32,000 nt of DNA from Clostridiales bacterium (GTDB lineage Bacteria; Bacillota; Clostridia; Christensenellales; Aristaeellaceae), in assembly GCA_004556155.1 (NCBI GenBank), contig SFIM01000006.1, positions 23,760 to 55,759 of the forward strand, read 5' to 3'. Below, piece after piece: positions 8,417 through 16,351 of the stretch. The first letter of the stretch is position 1. Each line of letters begins with the position of its first letter. The translations under genes were made by a program, and so were the position numbers. A model generated the notes under the pieces. It saw only the letters and a program-made list of their open reading frames with translations, ran no database searches and had not been told where the DNA came from.

Positions 8417-8635
8417 TTATTCCTCCGACTCGCCGCGCATGGCCTTCAAAATATCGGTGGCAAACTGTTGCAGCTGGCTGGCTTTGACCAGCGCGATGCC
8501 TTGCTGCTCATCGCCCAGCACCAGCAACTGATCGCCAGGATGCAGGTCAAAGATGTCGCGCGCCTTCTTGGGGATGACGATCTGCCCCTTCTCCCCAATG
8601 CGCACCATTCCAAATAGATGCTTGCCGTCCGGCAT
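8417..8635 (-). CDS. AbrB/MazE/SpoVT-family DNA-binding protein
   Basis: The sequence MVRIGEKGQIVIPKKARDIFDLHPGDQLLVL matches a swapped-hairpin SpoVT/AbrB domain. I chose the start at ATG 8635 because GGAGGA lies at the correct spacing. It ends 3 nt upstream of the ATPase gene. Confidence 0.8.
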   Translation of the reverse strand: MPDGKHLFGMVRIGEKGQIVIPKKARDIFDLHPGDQLLVLGDEQQGIALVKASQLQQFATDILKAMRGESEE

Positions 8636-8805
8636 GGCTGATTCCTCCAAGCATACAAATTGTAAAAGTAAGAAAAGTTATACTTTTCGTACATATGATA
8701 CGCCGCAACTGCCCTTCTGTCAAGAGGACGGGATAAATAATCTTTTCGGCTTTCTTAATTTGTGTTACAATTTCCTTAACAGTACAATATATAGATTTCC
8801 AATAC

Positions 8806-8834
8806 TTGAATTTGTGATGAAACGATGATACAAT
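8806..8834 (+). promoter_or_regulatory. Candidate sigma-A promoter for the 8868 gene / EamA pair
   Basis: TTGAAT (8806-8811), a 17-nt spacer, then TACAAT (8829-8834). This lies 34 nt upstream of the ATG, within an AT-rich divergent intergenic region. Confidence 0.5.
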
Positions 8835-8867
8835 ACACTATATTTAGGAAAGAGGGGGCGGCCTGCC

Positions 8868-9350
8868 ATGGGTTCTTTGGCGTATATCGCGCTGGTGCTG
8901 GCGCTGGCCGTCGGAATCTATCTATTGATCCGCTATCAGCGCGAGCGCCAGAAGGAACTGTACCGCATGGAAGCGCTGCGCGACAGCCGCCTCTATAAGG
9001 ACATTTACCCGCTCATCCTGCGCGCCGCCGCGCGCGATCTGGATCAGGTGCGCATCGAGCGCGACCGCATCACCTTCACCCTGGTCTGCCCGCCCGGCAC
9101 GCTGGGCGTGTTTGAGCTGTGCCAGTGCGGGCACCGGCAGATGAGCCGCACGCGCACCCGCGTATTGGCCGAGGTCATCGCCGAGGATATCGAGATCCTG
9201 CGCGACCGGGGCAAGTACGGGCTGTCCCGCTACCGCATCACCCGCGCGAACGGCAGCGTGGATTACGGCTATGTATACACCATTCGCACCCCCTATAAGG
9301 ATGCAGTTATGGAGGCGCGCCGCAGGATTTCCATGCGGATCGGAATATGA
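8868..9350 (+). CDS. Hypothetical protein with a single N-terminal transmembrane helix
   Basis: 160-aa ORF with RBS AAGAGGGGG and a TM helix (LAYIALVLALAVGIYLLI). Codon usage is coding-like. An ATGA overlap links it to the downstream EamA gene. I recognise no family. Confidence 0.6.
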   Translation: MGSLAYIALVLALAVGIYLLIRYQRERQKELYRMEALRDSRLYKDIYPLILRAAARDLDQVRIERDRITFTLVCPPGTLGVFELCQCGHRQMSRTRTRVLAEVIAEDIEILRDRGKYGLSRYRITRANGSVDYGYVYTIRTPYKDAVMEARRRISMRIGI

Positions 9351-10219
9351 ACGAAGCAAGGCAGCCAAAGCCAAACGGAGCAGCCGCGCTCCTTACCTTC
9401 GCGGCCGGATTATCATGGAGCTTCACGGGCATGTTTACCAAACTTGTCGGGTGGAACTCCTTTACGCTTGCGGGCGTGCGCGCCATCTTCGCGCTGCTGG
9501 TGCTGGGGCTGGCGCGGGGCAGCTTTCGCGTCCGTCCCAACCGGGGCATGTGGCTCAGCGCAGTGGGCGTTACGATGACATCCCTGCTGTTTATGTCCGC
9601 GGCGCGCCTGACCACCGCGGCCAACGCCATCGTGCTGCAATACACGGCCTCCATCTTCGTGATCCTGTATATGCTGCTCTTCAAAAAGCAGCGGCCGCTC
9701 AAATCCGAGCTCGTCGCGGCGTTTTTTGTCATGCTGGGCGTGTGCCTGTGCTTTGCCGGCGGCCTGGAGGGCGGGCGGCTGCTGGGCAACATCCTGGGCC
9801 TGTGCAGCGGCGTTACCTTTGCGATGATGTTCCTTGCCAACCGCTATTCGGGCAACGACCCGCTGGACAACGTGTACTTTGGCACGCTGGCCGGCGTGCC
9901 CTTTGCGCTGTCGGCCTGCTTTGATCCGCATTTTTCGCTGTCCCTGCCGCAGCTGGGCTGCGGCGTGGGGCTGGGTGTGGGGCTGGGACTGGGCTACCTG
10001 TTTCTGGCGCTGGGCGCGCGGCGCGGCATATCTCCCGTGGCCTCGTGCATCATCAGCAATGTGGAGCCGGTGCTCAATCCTATCTGGGTGTTTCTGGCCG
10101 TGGGCGAAAACCCCGGCGTATACAGCATTGCCGGGGCGGCGATCGTGCTGCTGGCGGTAACGCTGCAAAGCCTGTACGAAATACGCCGCGCCGCGCGGGC
10201 TAAGCCCGAAAAACAATAG
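9347..10219 (+). CDS. EamA/DMT-family transporter
   Basis: 290 aa with about ten hydrophobic helices in two halves. The N-terminus (LLTFAAGLSWSFTGMFTKLV) is typical of EamA repeats. Confidence 0.8.
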   Translation: MNEARQPKPNGAAALLTFAAGLSWSFTGMFTKLVGWNSFTLAGVRAIFALLVLGLARGSFRVRPNRGMWLSAVGVTMTSLLFMSAARLTTAANAIVLQYTASIFVILYMLLFKKQRPLKSELVAAFFVMLGVCLCFAGGLEGGRLLGNILGLCSGVTFAMMFLANRYSGNDPLDNVYFGTLAGVPFALSACFDPHFSLSLPQLGCGVGLGVGLGLGYLFLALGARRGISPVASCIISNVEPVLNPIWVFLAVGENPGVYSIAGAAIVLLAVTLQSLYEIRRAARAKPEKQ

Positions 10220-10235
10220 AAAAGCAACCTTTTGA

Positions 10236-10264
10236 TTGACATCCCCGGCTTTTGCGGGTATCCT
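10236..10264 (+). promoter_or_regulatory. Candidate sigma-A promoter for asnA
   Basis: TTGACA (10236-10241), a 17-nt spacer, then TATCCT (10259-10264), 30 nt upstream of the ATG at 10294. Confidence 0.5.
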
Positions 10265-10293
10265 TGAAGAATCATCTGACGGGAGGCCGACGC

Positions 10294-11301
10294 ATGAGCC
10301 GTGTTGTCGTATCCGAGGGCTACCGCTCGGTATTGTCGCTGTACGATACCCAGGAAGCCATCGCGCTGATTAAAAAAACCTTTGAAAAATCCCTGAGCAA
10401 CGCGCTGAACCTCAAGCGCGTATCCGCTCCGCTGTTTGTGGAGGGCGCCAGCGGCCTCAACGACGATCTGAACGGCGTAGAGCGCCCGGTCAGCTTTACG
10501 CTGCGCGAAACCGGCGCGCAGGCGCAGGTGGTGCATTCGCTGGCCAAGTGGAAGCGCCTGGCGCTGCACGATTACGGCTTCCCGATGGGCGAGGGGCTGT
10601 ATACCGATATGAACGCTATCCGGCGGGATGAAGAACTGGATAATCTGCACTCGGTCTATGTCGATCAGTGGGACTGGGAGAAGATCATCTCCGAGCAGGA
10701 CCGCACGCTGGATACCCTAAAAGATGCGATGCGCCGCATTGTTACGGCGGTGTGCTGCACGCTGGATTTTCTTAAATGGAAGTATCCGCAGCTGCCGGTG
10801 GAGCTTTGCCGCGACGTTAGCTTTGTCACCACGCAGGAGCTGGAGGATATGTATCCGGATCTAACGCCCAAGCAGCGCGAAAACGCTTACCTGCGGGAGC
10901 ACCGCACGGCGGGCATCCTGCAAATCGGCGGCAAGCTGCGCTCAGGCAAGCCGCATGATGGCCGCGCGCCGGACTATGACGACTGGGCGCTCAACGGCGA
11001 TATCATGTTCTACAACGACGTGCTGGGCTGCGCGTTTGAGCTGTCCAGCATGGGCGTGCGCGTATCGCCCGAATCCCTGCGCGCGCAGCTGGCGGAGGCA
11101 GGCTGCCCCGAGCGCGCCGAACTGCCCTTCCACCGGATGCTGCTGTCGGGCGAGCTGCCCTTCACCATGGGCGGCGGCATCGGCCAGAGCCGCATGTGCA
11201 TGCTGCTGCTGGCCAAGGAGCACATCGGCGAGGTGCAATCCTCCCTGTGGGACGCCGAAACGCGCCGCGTGTGCCGCGATGCGGGCATTGTGCTGCTGTG
11301 A
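10294..11301 (+). CDS. asnA: Aspartate-ammonia ligase (AsnA-type asparagine synthetase)
   Basis: VVHSLAKWKR, HSVYVDQWDWE, APDYDDW, FELSSMG and GGGIGQSR match my recollection of E. coli AsnA almost residue for residue. The ATG at 10294 follows GGGAGG. Confidence 0.93.
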   Translation: MSRVVVSEGYRSVLSLYDTQEAIALIKKTFEKSLSNALNLKRVSAPLFVEGASGLNDDLNGVERPVSFTLRETGAQAQVVHSLAKWKRLALHDYGFPMGEGLYTDMNAIRRDEELDNLHSVYVDQWDWEKIISEQDRTLDTLKDAMRRIVTAVCCTLDFLKWKYPQLPVELCRDVSFVTTQELEDMYPDLTPKQRENAYLREHRTAGILQIGGKLRSGKPHDGRAPDYDDWALNGDIMFYNDVLGCAFELSSMGVRVSPESLRAQLAEAGCPERAELPFHRMLLSGELPFTMGGGIGQSRMCMLLLAKEHIGEVQSSLWDAETRRVCRDAGIVLL

Positions 11302-11359
11302 GGAAAACAAAGGCAAAAAGCCGGAAGGCTCTAAAAAAGATCTGAAGCAGATAAAAAAG

Positions 11360-11397
11360 TTGCCTGGTTAGGAGCAAGCTCCACCAGGCAATTTTTT
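11360..11397. terminator. Bidirectional intrinsic terminator between convergent asnA and miaA
   Basis: Stem ttgcctggt (11360-11368) / accaggcaa (11383-11391), flanked by aaaaaa upstream and tttttt (11392-11397) downstream. Confidence 0.75.
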
Positions 11398-11462
11398 CAT
11401 TGCTTTTCAAATAGGTTGGAAAATGCGAAAACGCTCATGGCTCCCCTTGCGTATTTATCCTA

Positions 11463-12362
11463 TCATTCCGCCAAGAACTGCGCGCACAATCCTTGCGCTT
11501 CGCTTAGCGGGTCGGCGCGCATATCCAGCCAATGGATGCGCGTATCCCGGCGGAACCACGTCATCTGCCGCTTGGCAAAGCGCTTGATGGCGCGGGAAAG
11601 CGCCTCCAGCATGTCCTCCTGCGTGGCAAACTGTCCCAGCAGGTATTGGCTGATCAGGCGGTATTCCAGCCCCAGACGATACAGAAAATCAGGCGATACG
11701 CCTGCCTGGAGCAGGCCGTCCACCTCTTCGATCATGCCCTGCTGGACGCGGCGCGCCAGCCGCTCGTCAATGCGCGCGCACAGGGTGGGGCGATCCCAGG
11801 TGACGCCCAGGCGCAGCACGTCGTAGCGCGGGCGCTTCTGCGCGGGCAGGGTATCGCCGTCGTGCAGCTTTTCCAGCGCGCGCATCACGCGGTTGCGGTT
11901 CTGGGGATCGATGGCATTGCCGGGTGCGGCGGCCTGCAGCATGGCGCAAAGCTGCGGGGTGGGCAGCCTTTCCAGCTCGCGGCGATAGGATAAATCGGGC
12001 TCGATATTGGATAGCACATAGCCGTCGCACACCGCGTCCACATACAGCCCGGTGCCGCCCGCCAGCACGGGCACGCGGCCGCGCGCAAGCACATCATCAA
12101 TGGCGCGATAGGCCAGGCGTTGAAAATCCGCCATGGTGAAAAATGTGCCGGGGTCGCATACATCCAGCAGATGATGCGGCACGCCCTGCATTTCCTGCGC
12201 CGTCACCTTGCCGCTGCCCAGATCCAGCCCGCGGTAGACCTGGCGGGAATCGGCCGAGATTACCTCGCCGCCCAGCGAACGGGCCAGGCTGATGGCCAGG
12301 CTGCTTTTGCCCGAGGCGTTGGTGCCTACCACCGCAATGAGCTTGGGAAGCGCGCCGCTCAT
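11463..12362 (-). CDS. miaA: tRNA dimethylallyltransferase
   Basis: P-loop VVGTNASGKSSLA, ISADSRQVYRGLDLGSGK and the C-terminal KRQMTWFRR are present. I trimmed the track ORF to ATG 12362, which is preceded by GAGGAGGA. An ATGA overlap links it to the upstream mini-ORF stop. Confidence 0.92.
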   Translation of the reverse strand: MSGALPKLIAVVGTNASGKSSLAISLARSLGGEVISADSRQVYRGLDLGSGKVTAQEMQGVPHHLLDVCDPGTFFTMADFQRLAYRAIDDVLARGRVPVLAGGTGLYVDAVCDGYVLSNIEPDLSYRRELERLPTPQLCAMLQAAAPGNAIDPQNRNRVMRALEKLHDGDTLPAQKRPRYDVLRLGVTWDRPTLCARIDERLARRVQQGMIEEVDGLLQAGVSPDFLYRLGLEYRLISQYLLGQFATQEDMLEALSRAIKRFAKRQMTWFRRDTRIHWLDMRADPLSEAQGLCAQFLAE

Positions 12363-12589
12363 GGCTCGTCCTCCTCGTCTGTATCCTTGCCGGCCAGCGC
12401 GTCGCGCACGCGGTCGATATCCTGATTGATCCAGCGCACGGCGGCCAGGTTTTTCAGCTGCTCGCGGCTGACCACCGTGTTGGTGCCCAGGCACGCGCTG
12501 CAGCGATGCCCGCACTCGGGGCACACGCACGCCTCCGCGTCGTCGGCATGGATCATAAACGCGCCGCACTCAATGCATCCGCAACGCAT
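12359..12589 (-). CDS. Small Cys-rich (putative zinc-ribbon) protein with an acidic tail
   Basis: 76 aa: MRCGCIECGAFMIHADDAEACVCPECGHRCSACLG... There are 8 Cys in the first 33 residues, including two CxCxEC(G) units. The C-terminus is GKDTDEEDEP. RBS AAGGAGG lies at the correct spacing. It is translationally coupled to miaA. Confidence 0.65.
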   Translation of the reverse strand: MRCGCIECGAFMIHADDAEACVCPECGHRCSACLGTNTVVSREQLKNLAAVRWINQDIDRVRDALAGKDTDEEDEP

Positions 12590-12623
12590 GGTACATCCTC
12601 CTTAAATACGCAAGTATCGGCTT

Positions 12624-12632
12624 ATTATAGCA
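12624..12632 (-). promoter_or_regulatory. Extended -10 promoter element for the mini-ORF/miaA operon
   Basis: The minus strand reads TGCTATAAT (complement of 12624-12632), about 25 nt upstream of the RBS. The -35 region is poor (CCCACA). Confidence 0.45.
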
Positions 12633-12683
12633 TACATCGCAGCCGTTGTGGGAGAAAAACAGGCGATTTTGCAATTTTCGCAT

Positions 12684-12712
12684 TGACAAACCTCCCCTGC
12701 GCGCGCTATGCT
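12684..12712 (+). promoter_or_regulatory. Candidate sigma-A promoter for the MATE gene
   Basis: TTGACA (12684-12689), a 17-nt spacer, then TATGCT (12707-12712). Confidence 0.55.
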
Positions 12713-12752
12713 GATTTTTGCGTATGCGCAATTACGAAGAGTTGAGGATACC

Positions 12753-14138
12753 ATGAGAATGAAGCGTTTTCGGGGTGAGGGATGGGCGCTGCTGGGGATG
12801 ATCTGGGCGCTGGCCTGGCCGACCATGCTGGAGCAGCTGATGAGCACGGCCGTGCAGTATGTGGACGCGGCCATGGTGGGGCGCCTGGGCGCGCAGGCCA
12901 CGGCGGCCGTGGGCGCAACCACCACCGTCAGCTGGCTGATTGGCAGCACGGTGTCGGCGCTGGGCATCGGGTTTTTGTCCTTTATCGCCCAGGCCTACGG
13001 CGCGGATGACCGGGCGCGCGCGGCGCGCACCTCCTCGCAGGCGGTGCTGGCCGTGCTGTTTTCGGGCACGCTGTTTACGGTGATCCCGCTGCTGCTCAGC
13101 CGCCGCGTGCCGGTGTGGATGCACGCCGCGCCCGAGATCCAGCAGGTGGCGTCGCAGTACTTTGCCATCCTGTATATGCCCATGCTGGCGCGCGCGGCCA
13201 GCACCATATTCGGCACCGCGCTGCGCGCCACGGGCGACAGCAAAACGCCCATGCGCGCGGGCCTGGCGATGAACCTGGTCAACGTGGTGCTGAACTTCCT
13301 GCTGATCTATGAATCCCGCACCGTGCGGGCGCTGGGGCTGTCCATCTGGCTGCCCGGCGCGGGCATGGGCGTGATCGGCGCGGCAATCGCCAGCGCGGTC
13401 TCCTATGCGGTGGGCGGCGTTTGGATTACTTGCGCGCTGTGGAAGCACCCGGTGATCTCCCCGCGCGGCCAGCGCCTGCGCCCCGACTGGGATGTGCTGC
13501 GCCCCTGCCTCAAGGTGGCGCTGCCCTCTGCCCTGCAGCGCTTTGGCACATCGTTTGGCTATGTGGCCTTCGCCTCCATGATTAACGCCCTGGGCACCAT
13601 TCCGCTGGCGGCGCACAGCATCGCCAACACCGTGGAATCGGCCTTCTACATTCCCGGCTACGGCATGCAGACGGCTGCGGCTACGCTGATTGGCAACGCG
13701 CTGGGCGCAAGGGATGAAAGGCTGATGCGCAGGCTGGCGCGGATGCTGGTGGGCATCGAGATGGTGCTGATGGTGGTTTCCGGCGGGCTGCTGTTCATCT
13801 TTGCGCCGGGCATGATGAGCCTGTTTACCATCGACGCGGCGGTGATCGCCCTGGGCGCGACGGTGCTGCGCATGGTGGCGGTGTCCGAGCCGTTCTTCGG
13901 CGTCGCCATCATCCTGGAGGGCATGCTGCAGGGAACGGGCAACACGATGGCGCCCTTTGTGTTCAATATCATCGGCATGTGGGGCGTGCGCATCCTGGGC
14001 ACGTTTGTCTGCACGCGCCTGCTGCATATGGGGCTGGTGGCGGCCTGGGCGTGCATGATCGCGCACAACCTGCTGCTGTTCCTGCTGCTGCTGACCTACT
14101 GCCTGCGCGGCAGGTGGAACCCGCTGACCCGCGGATAA
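12753..14138 (+). CDS. MATE-family efflux transporter
   Basis: About 461 aa and 12 predicted helices. The N-terminal WALAWPTMLEQLMSTAVQYVDAAMVGRLG is the typical MATE opening motif. ATG 12753 follows GAGGAT. Confidence 0.88.
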   Translation: MRMKRFRGEGWALLGMIWALAWPTMLEQLMSTAVQYVDAAMVGRLGAQATAAVGATTTVSWLIGSTVSALGIGFLSFIAQAYGADDRARAARTSSQAVLAVLFSGTLFTVIPLLLSRRVPVWMHAAPEIQQVASQYFAILYMPMLARAASTIFGTALRATGDSKTPMRAGLAMNLVNVVLNFLLIYESRTVRALGLSIWLPGAGMGVIGAAIASAVSYAVGGVWITCALWKHPVISPRGQRLRPDWDVLRPCLKVALPSALQRFGTSFGYVAFASMINALGTIPLAAHSIANTVESAFYIPGYGMQTAAATLIGNALGARDERLMRRLARMLVGIEMVLMVVSGGLLFIFAPGMMSLFTIDAAVIALGATVLRMVAVSEPFFGVAIILEGMLQGTGNTMAPFVFNIIGMWGVRILGTFVCTRLLHMGLVAAWACMIAHNLLLFLLLLTYCLRGRWNPLTRG

Positions 14139-14195
14139 CGCGCCGGACGGCGGGCAAACTACAGATGTAAATGTTTCATCTTCTTTACGAAAACA

Positions 14196-14224
14196 TTGCA
14201 AATAATGTCGATTCGCGGTATACT
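14196..14224 (+). promoter_or_regulatory. Candidate sigma-A promoter for the MoxR operon
   Basis: TTGCAA (14196-14201), a 17-nt spacer, then TATACT (14219-14224), 35 nt upstream of the ATG at 14259. Confidence 0.55.
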
Positions 14225-14258
14225 AAGGGTGTAAATCTGTCTTTGAAAGGAAGCAGCC

Positions 14259-15209
14259 ATGCAGCAGAACCAGGTTCGCTCCATTGTATACTCCCTGCAG
14301 CAGAACATCCGCCGCGTCATCGTGGGCAAGGATGAGGCCATAGAGCTGGCGCTCATCGCCCTGCTGTGCAAGGGACACGTGCTTATCGAGGATGTGCCGG
14401 GCGTGGGTAAGACCACGCTGGTGGCCGCCTTGGCGCGGTCGCTGTCCTGCTCATTCAAGCGCATTCAGTTTACGCCCGACGTAACCCCCAGCGATATCAC
14501 GGGCTTCACCATGCCTTCGCTGCAAACGGGCGAAATGGAATATAAAAGCGGCGCGGTGATGAGCCAGATCGTGCTGGCCGACGAAATCAACCGTACCTCG
14601 CCCAGGACCCAGTCCAGCCTGCTGGAGGTGATGGAGGAGGGGCAGGTGACGGTGGACGGCGTTACGCATCCGCTGCCGCGCCCCTTCATGGTGCTGGCCA
14701 CGCAGAACCCGGTGGATTTTGTGGGCACCTATCCGCTGCCGGAGGCGCAGATGGACCGCTTTTTCCTGCGCATTACCATCGGCTATCCCTCCATCGAGGA
14801 GGAAATGGACGTGCTGGAGCGCTATTCCGGCCAGGCGTCGCCCCTGTCCAGCCTGCAAAGCGTGTGCGGCGCGGGCGATGTGGTTGCCATGCAGGAGCTG
14901 GTGGGCGCGGTGTATTGCAGCCGTGAGGTGCGCGCCTATGTGGCGCAGCTGGCGGCGCTGACGCGCAAGCATCCTGCCCTGGCGCTGGGCGTATCGCCCC
15001 GCGGGGCGATTGCGCTGATCCGCGCGGCGCAGGGCTGCGCGGTGCTGGCGGGACGCGACTATATATTGCCTGACGATGTCAAGCGCATGGCGCTGCCGGT
15101 GCTTTCCCATCGCCTGATTTTGACCCCCGAGGCGCGCATGAAAGGGCAGTCTGCCCAGCAGATTTTGCTGGGGCTGCTTTCCAGCGTGCCGGTGCCGGGC
15201 GCGCAATGA
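14259..15209 (+). CDS. MoxR-like AAA+ ATPase
   Basis: Walker A VPGVGKTT, Walker B VLADEINR and ATQNP are present, and the length of about 316 aa is typical of the AAA_3/MoxR family. Confidence 0.92.
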   Translation: MQQNQVRSIVYSLQQNIRRVIVGKDEAIELALIALLCKGHVLIEDVPGVGKTTLVAALARSLSCSFKRIQFTPDVTPSDITGFTMPSLQTGEMEYKSGAVMSQIVLADEINRTSPRTQSSLLEVMEEGQVTVDGVTHPLPRPFMVLATQNPVDFVGTYPLPEAQMDRFFLRITIGYPSIEEEMDVLERYSGQASPLSSLQSVCGAGDVVAMQELVGAVYCSREVRAYVAQLAALTRKHPALALGVSPRGAIALIRAAQGCAVLAGRDYILPDDVKRMALPVLSHRLILTPEARMKGQSAQQILLGLLSSVPVPGAQ

Positions 15210-16351
15210 CCCGCCGGGGCGGCGCGCTGCTGGCGATATCCATCTTTTGCCTGTTCTGCGGGATGTCGCTGGGCGGACGGATGCTGTATCTGTCCGCCGT
15301 TTTTGGCGTGCTTACGCTGCTGTTTTCGCTTTTGACCGTGCTGATTGCCAGGCGCCGGCTGCATGTCCGCTGCCGCCTGACAACGCCCAGCGTGCCGCGC
15401 GGGGAATACATGCAGGCGGAGCTTGCGTTTGATTATAAGCGCCTGCCGCCCATATCGCCTGTGCTGGTTATCGTGCGCGGGGGCGACAAGCTGTATGAGT
15501 GCGCCTATGAGCGCTTTCCTGCGCGCGCTCAGATATCCCTGCCCGCCCCGCATGTGGGCGTGGTGGATGTGGGGATTGAAAGCTGGGTATTTTCGGATAT
15601 CTTCGGATTGTTTGAAATTCGGGTACGCGGGGGCGAGACCGCGCAGTGCCTGGCCCTGCCGCGCGATTTTGAGGTGGAAGCGCTGCACTTTTTGTCCTCG
15701 GACGATGGCCGCGCGCTGCCCAACCGTACCAGCGAGGATTTGTCCTCGCCTGATGATACGCGCGCCTATCGCGCGGGCGATCCCCTCAAGCGCGTGCACT
15801 GGAAGCTGTCTGCCCGCCGGCGGGAGCTGACCGTGCGCCGCTATGAAACGCCCGCGCCGCCCGATACGTTGATCCTGATGGATTGCACCCTGCCTGGGGC
15901 GGCGGATGAAAGCGAGGAAAACCGCGCCATCCTGCGCGATACCCTGTGCGAAACCGCGCTGTCGGTGGCCATGATGCAGTCGCGCGATGATTCGCCGGTG
16001 CGTATGCCCTTTTATGGCGAACGGACGGCGGAATTTTATATGGCTGCGGGGCGCTCGGACGGCATTGCGCTGCTGCCCGAGCTTTTGGCGCGCCAGCCCT
16101 TTACGGGCGGCACGGATTTTGCCCGCGTGCTCAACCTGGAGCTTCGCCGCATGCGCAGCACGGGCGCGACGGTGATTATCACCTCCCGCCTGAGCGCGGA
16201 CGTGGTGGAGGGCATTGCGCATATCCGGCGCATGGGGCCGTCTGCGCGCGTGTATCTGATTACGCGCACGCCCGACGCCGAGCAGGATCGTCCCTATGTG
16301 GCGCGGCTGCAGCAATGCATGGTGGAGGTGTGCTATGTCTCGCCTGCGTGA
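15206..16351 (+). CDS. DUF58-domain protein (MoxR partner)
   Basis: Two N-terminal TM helices, then the hallmark DDTRAYRAGDPLKRVHWKLSARRRELTVRRYE. An ATGA overlap links it to the moxR stop. Confidence 0.88.
   Translation: MTRRGGALLAISIFCLFCGMSLGGRMLYLSAVFGVLTLLFSLLTVLIARRRLHVRCRLTTPSVPRGEYMQAELAFDYKRLPPISPVLVIVRGGDKLYECAYERFPARAQISLPAPHVGVVDVGIESWVFSDIFGLFEIRVRGGETAQCLALPRDFEVEALHFLSSDDGRALPNRTSEDLSSPDDTRAYRAGDPLKRVHWKLSARRRELTVRRYETPAPPDTLILMDCTLPGAADESEENRAILRDTLCETALSVAMMQSRDDSPVRMPFYGERTAEFYMAAGRSDGIALLPELLARQPFTGGTDFARVLNLELRRMRSTGATVIITSRLSADVVEGIAHIRRMGPSARVYLITRTPDAEQDRPYVARLQQCMVEVCYVSPA

Noticed and set aside
12732-14201. A 489-aa minus-strand ORF opposite the MATE gene. Similar long antisense ORFs occur at 15059-16513, 21190-22128, 22423-23778, 26596-27612 and 30400-31941.
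   Set aside because: All are Arg/His/Gln/Gly/Ala-rich, lack hydrophobic cores or motifs, and mirror well-supported genes on the other strand. They are high-GC artefacts.
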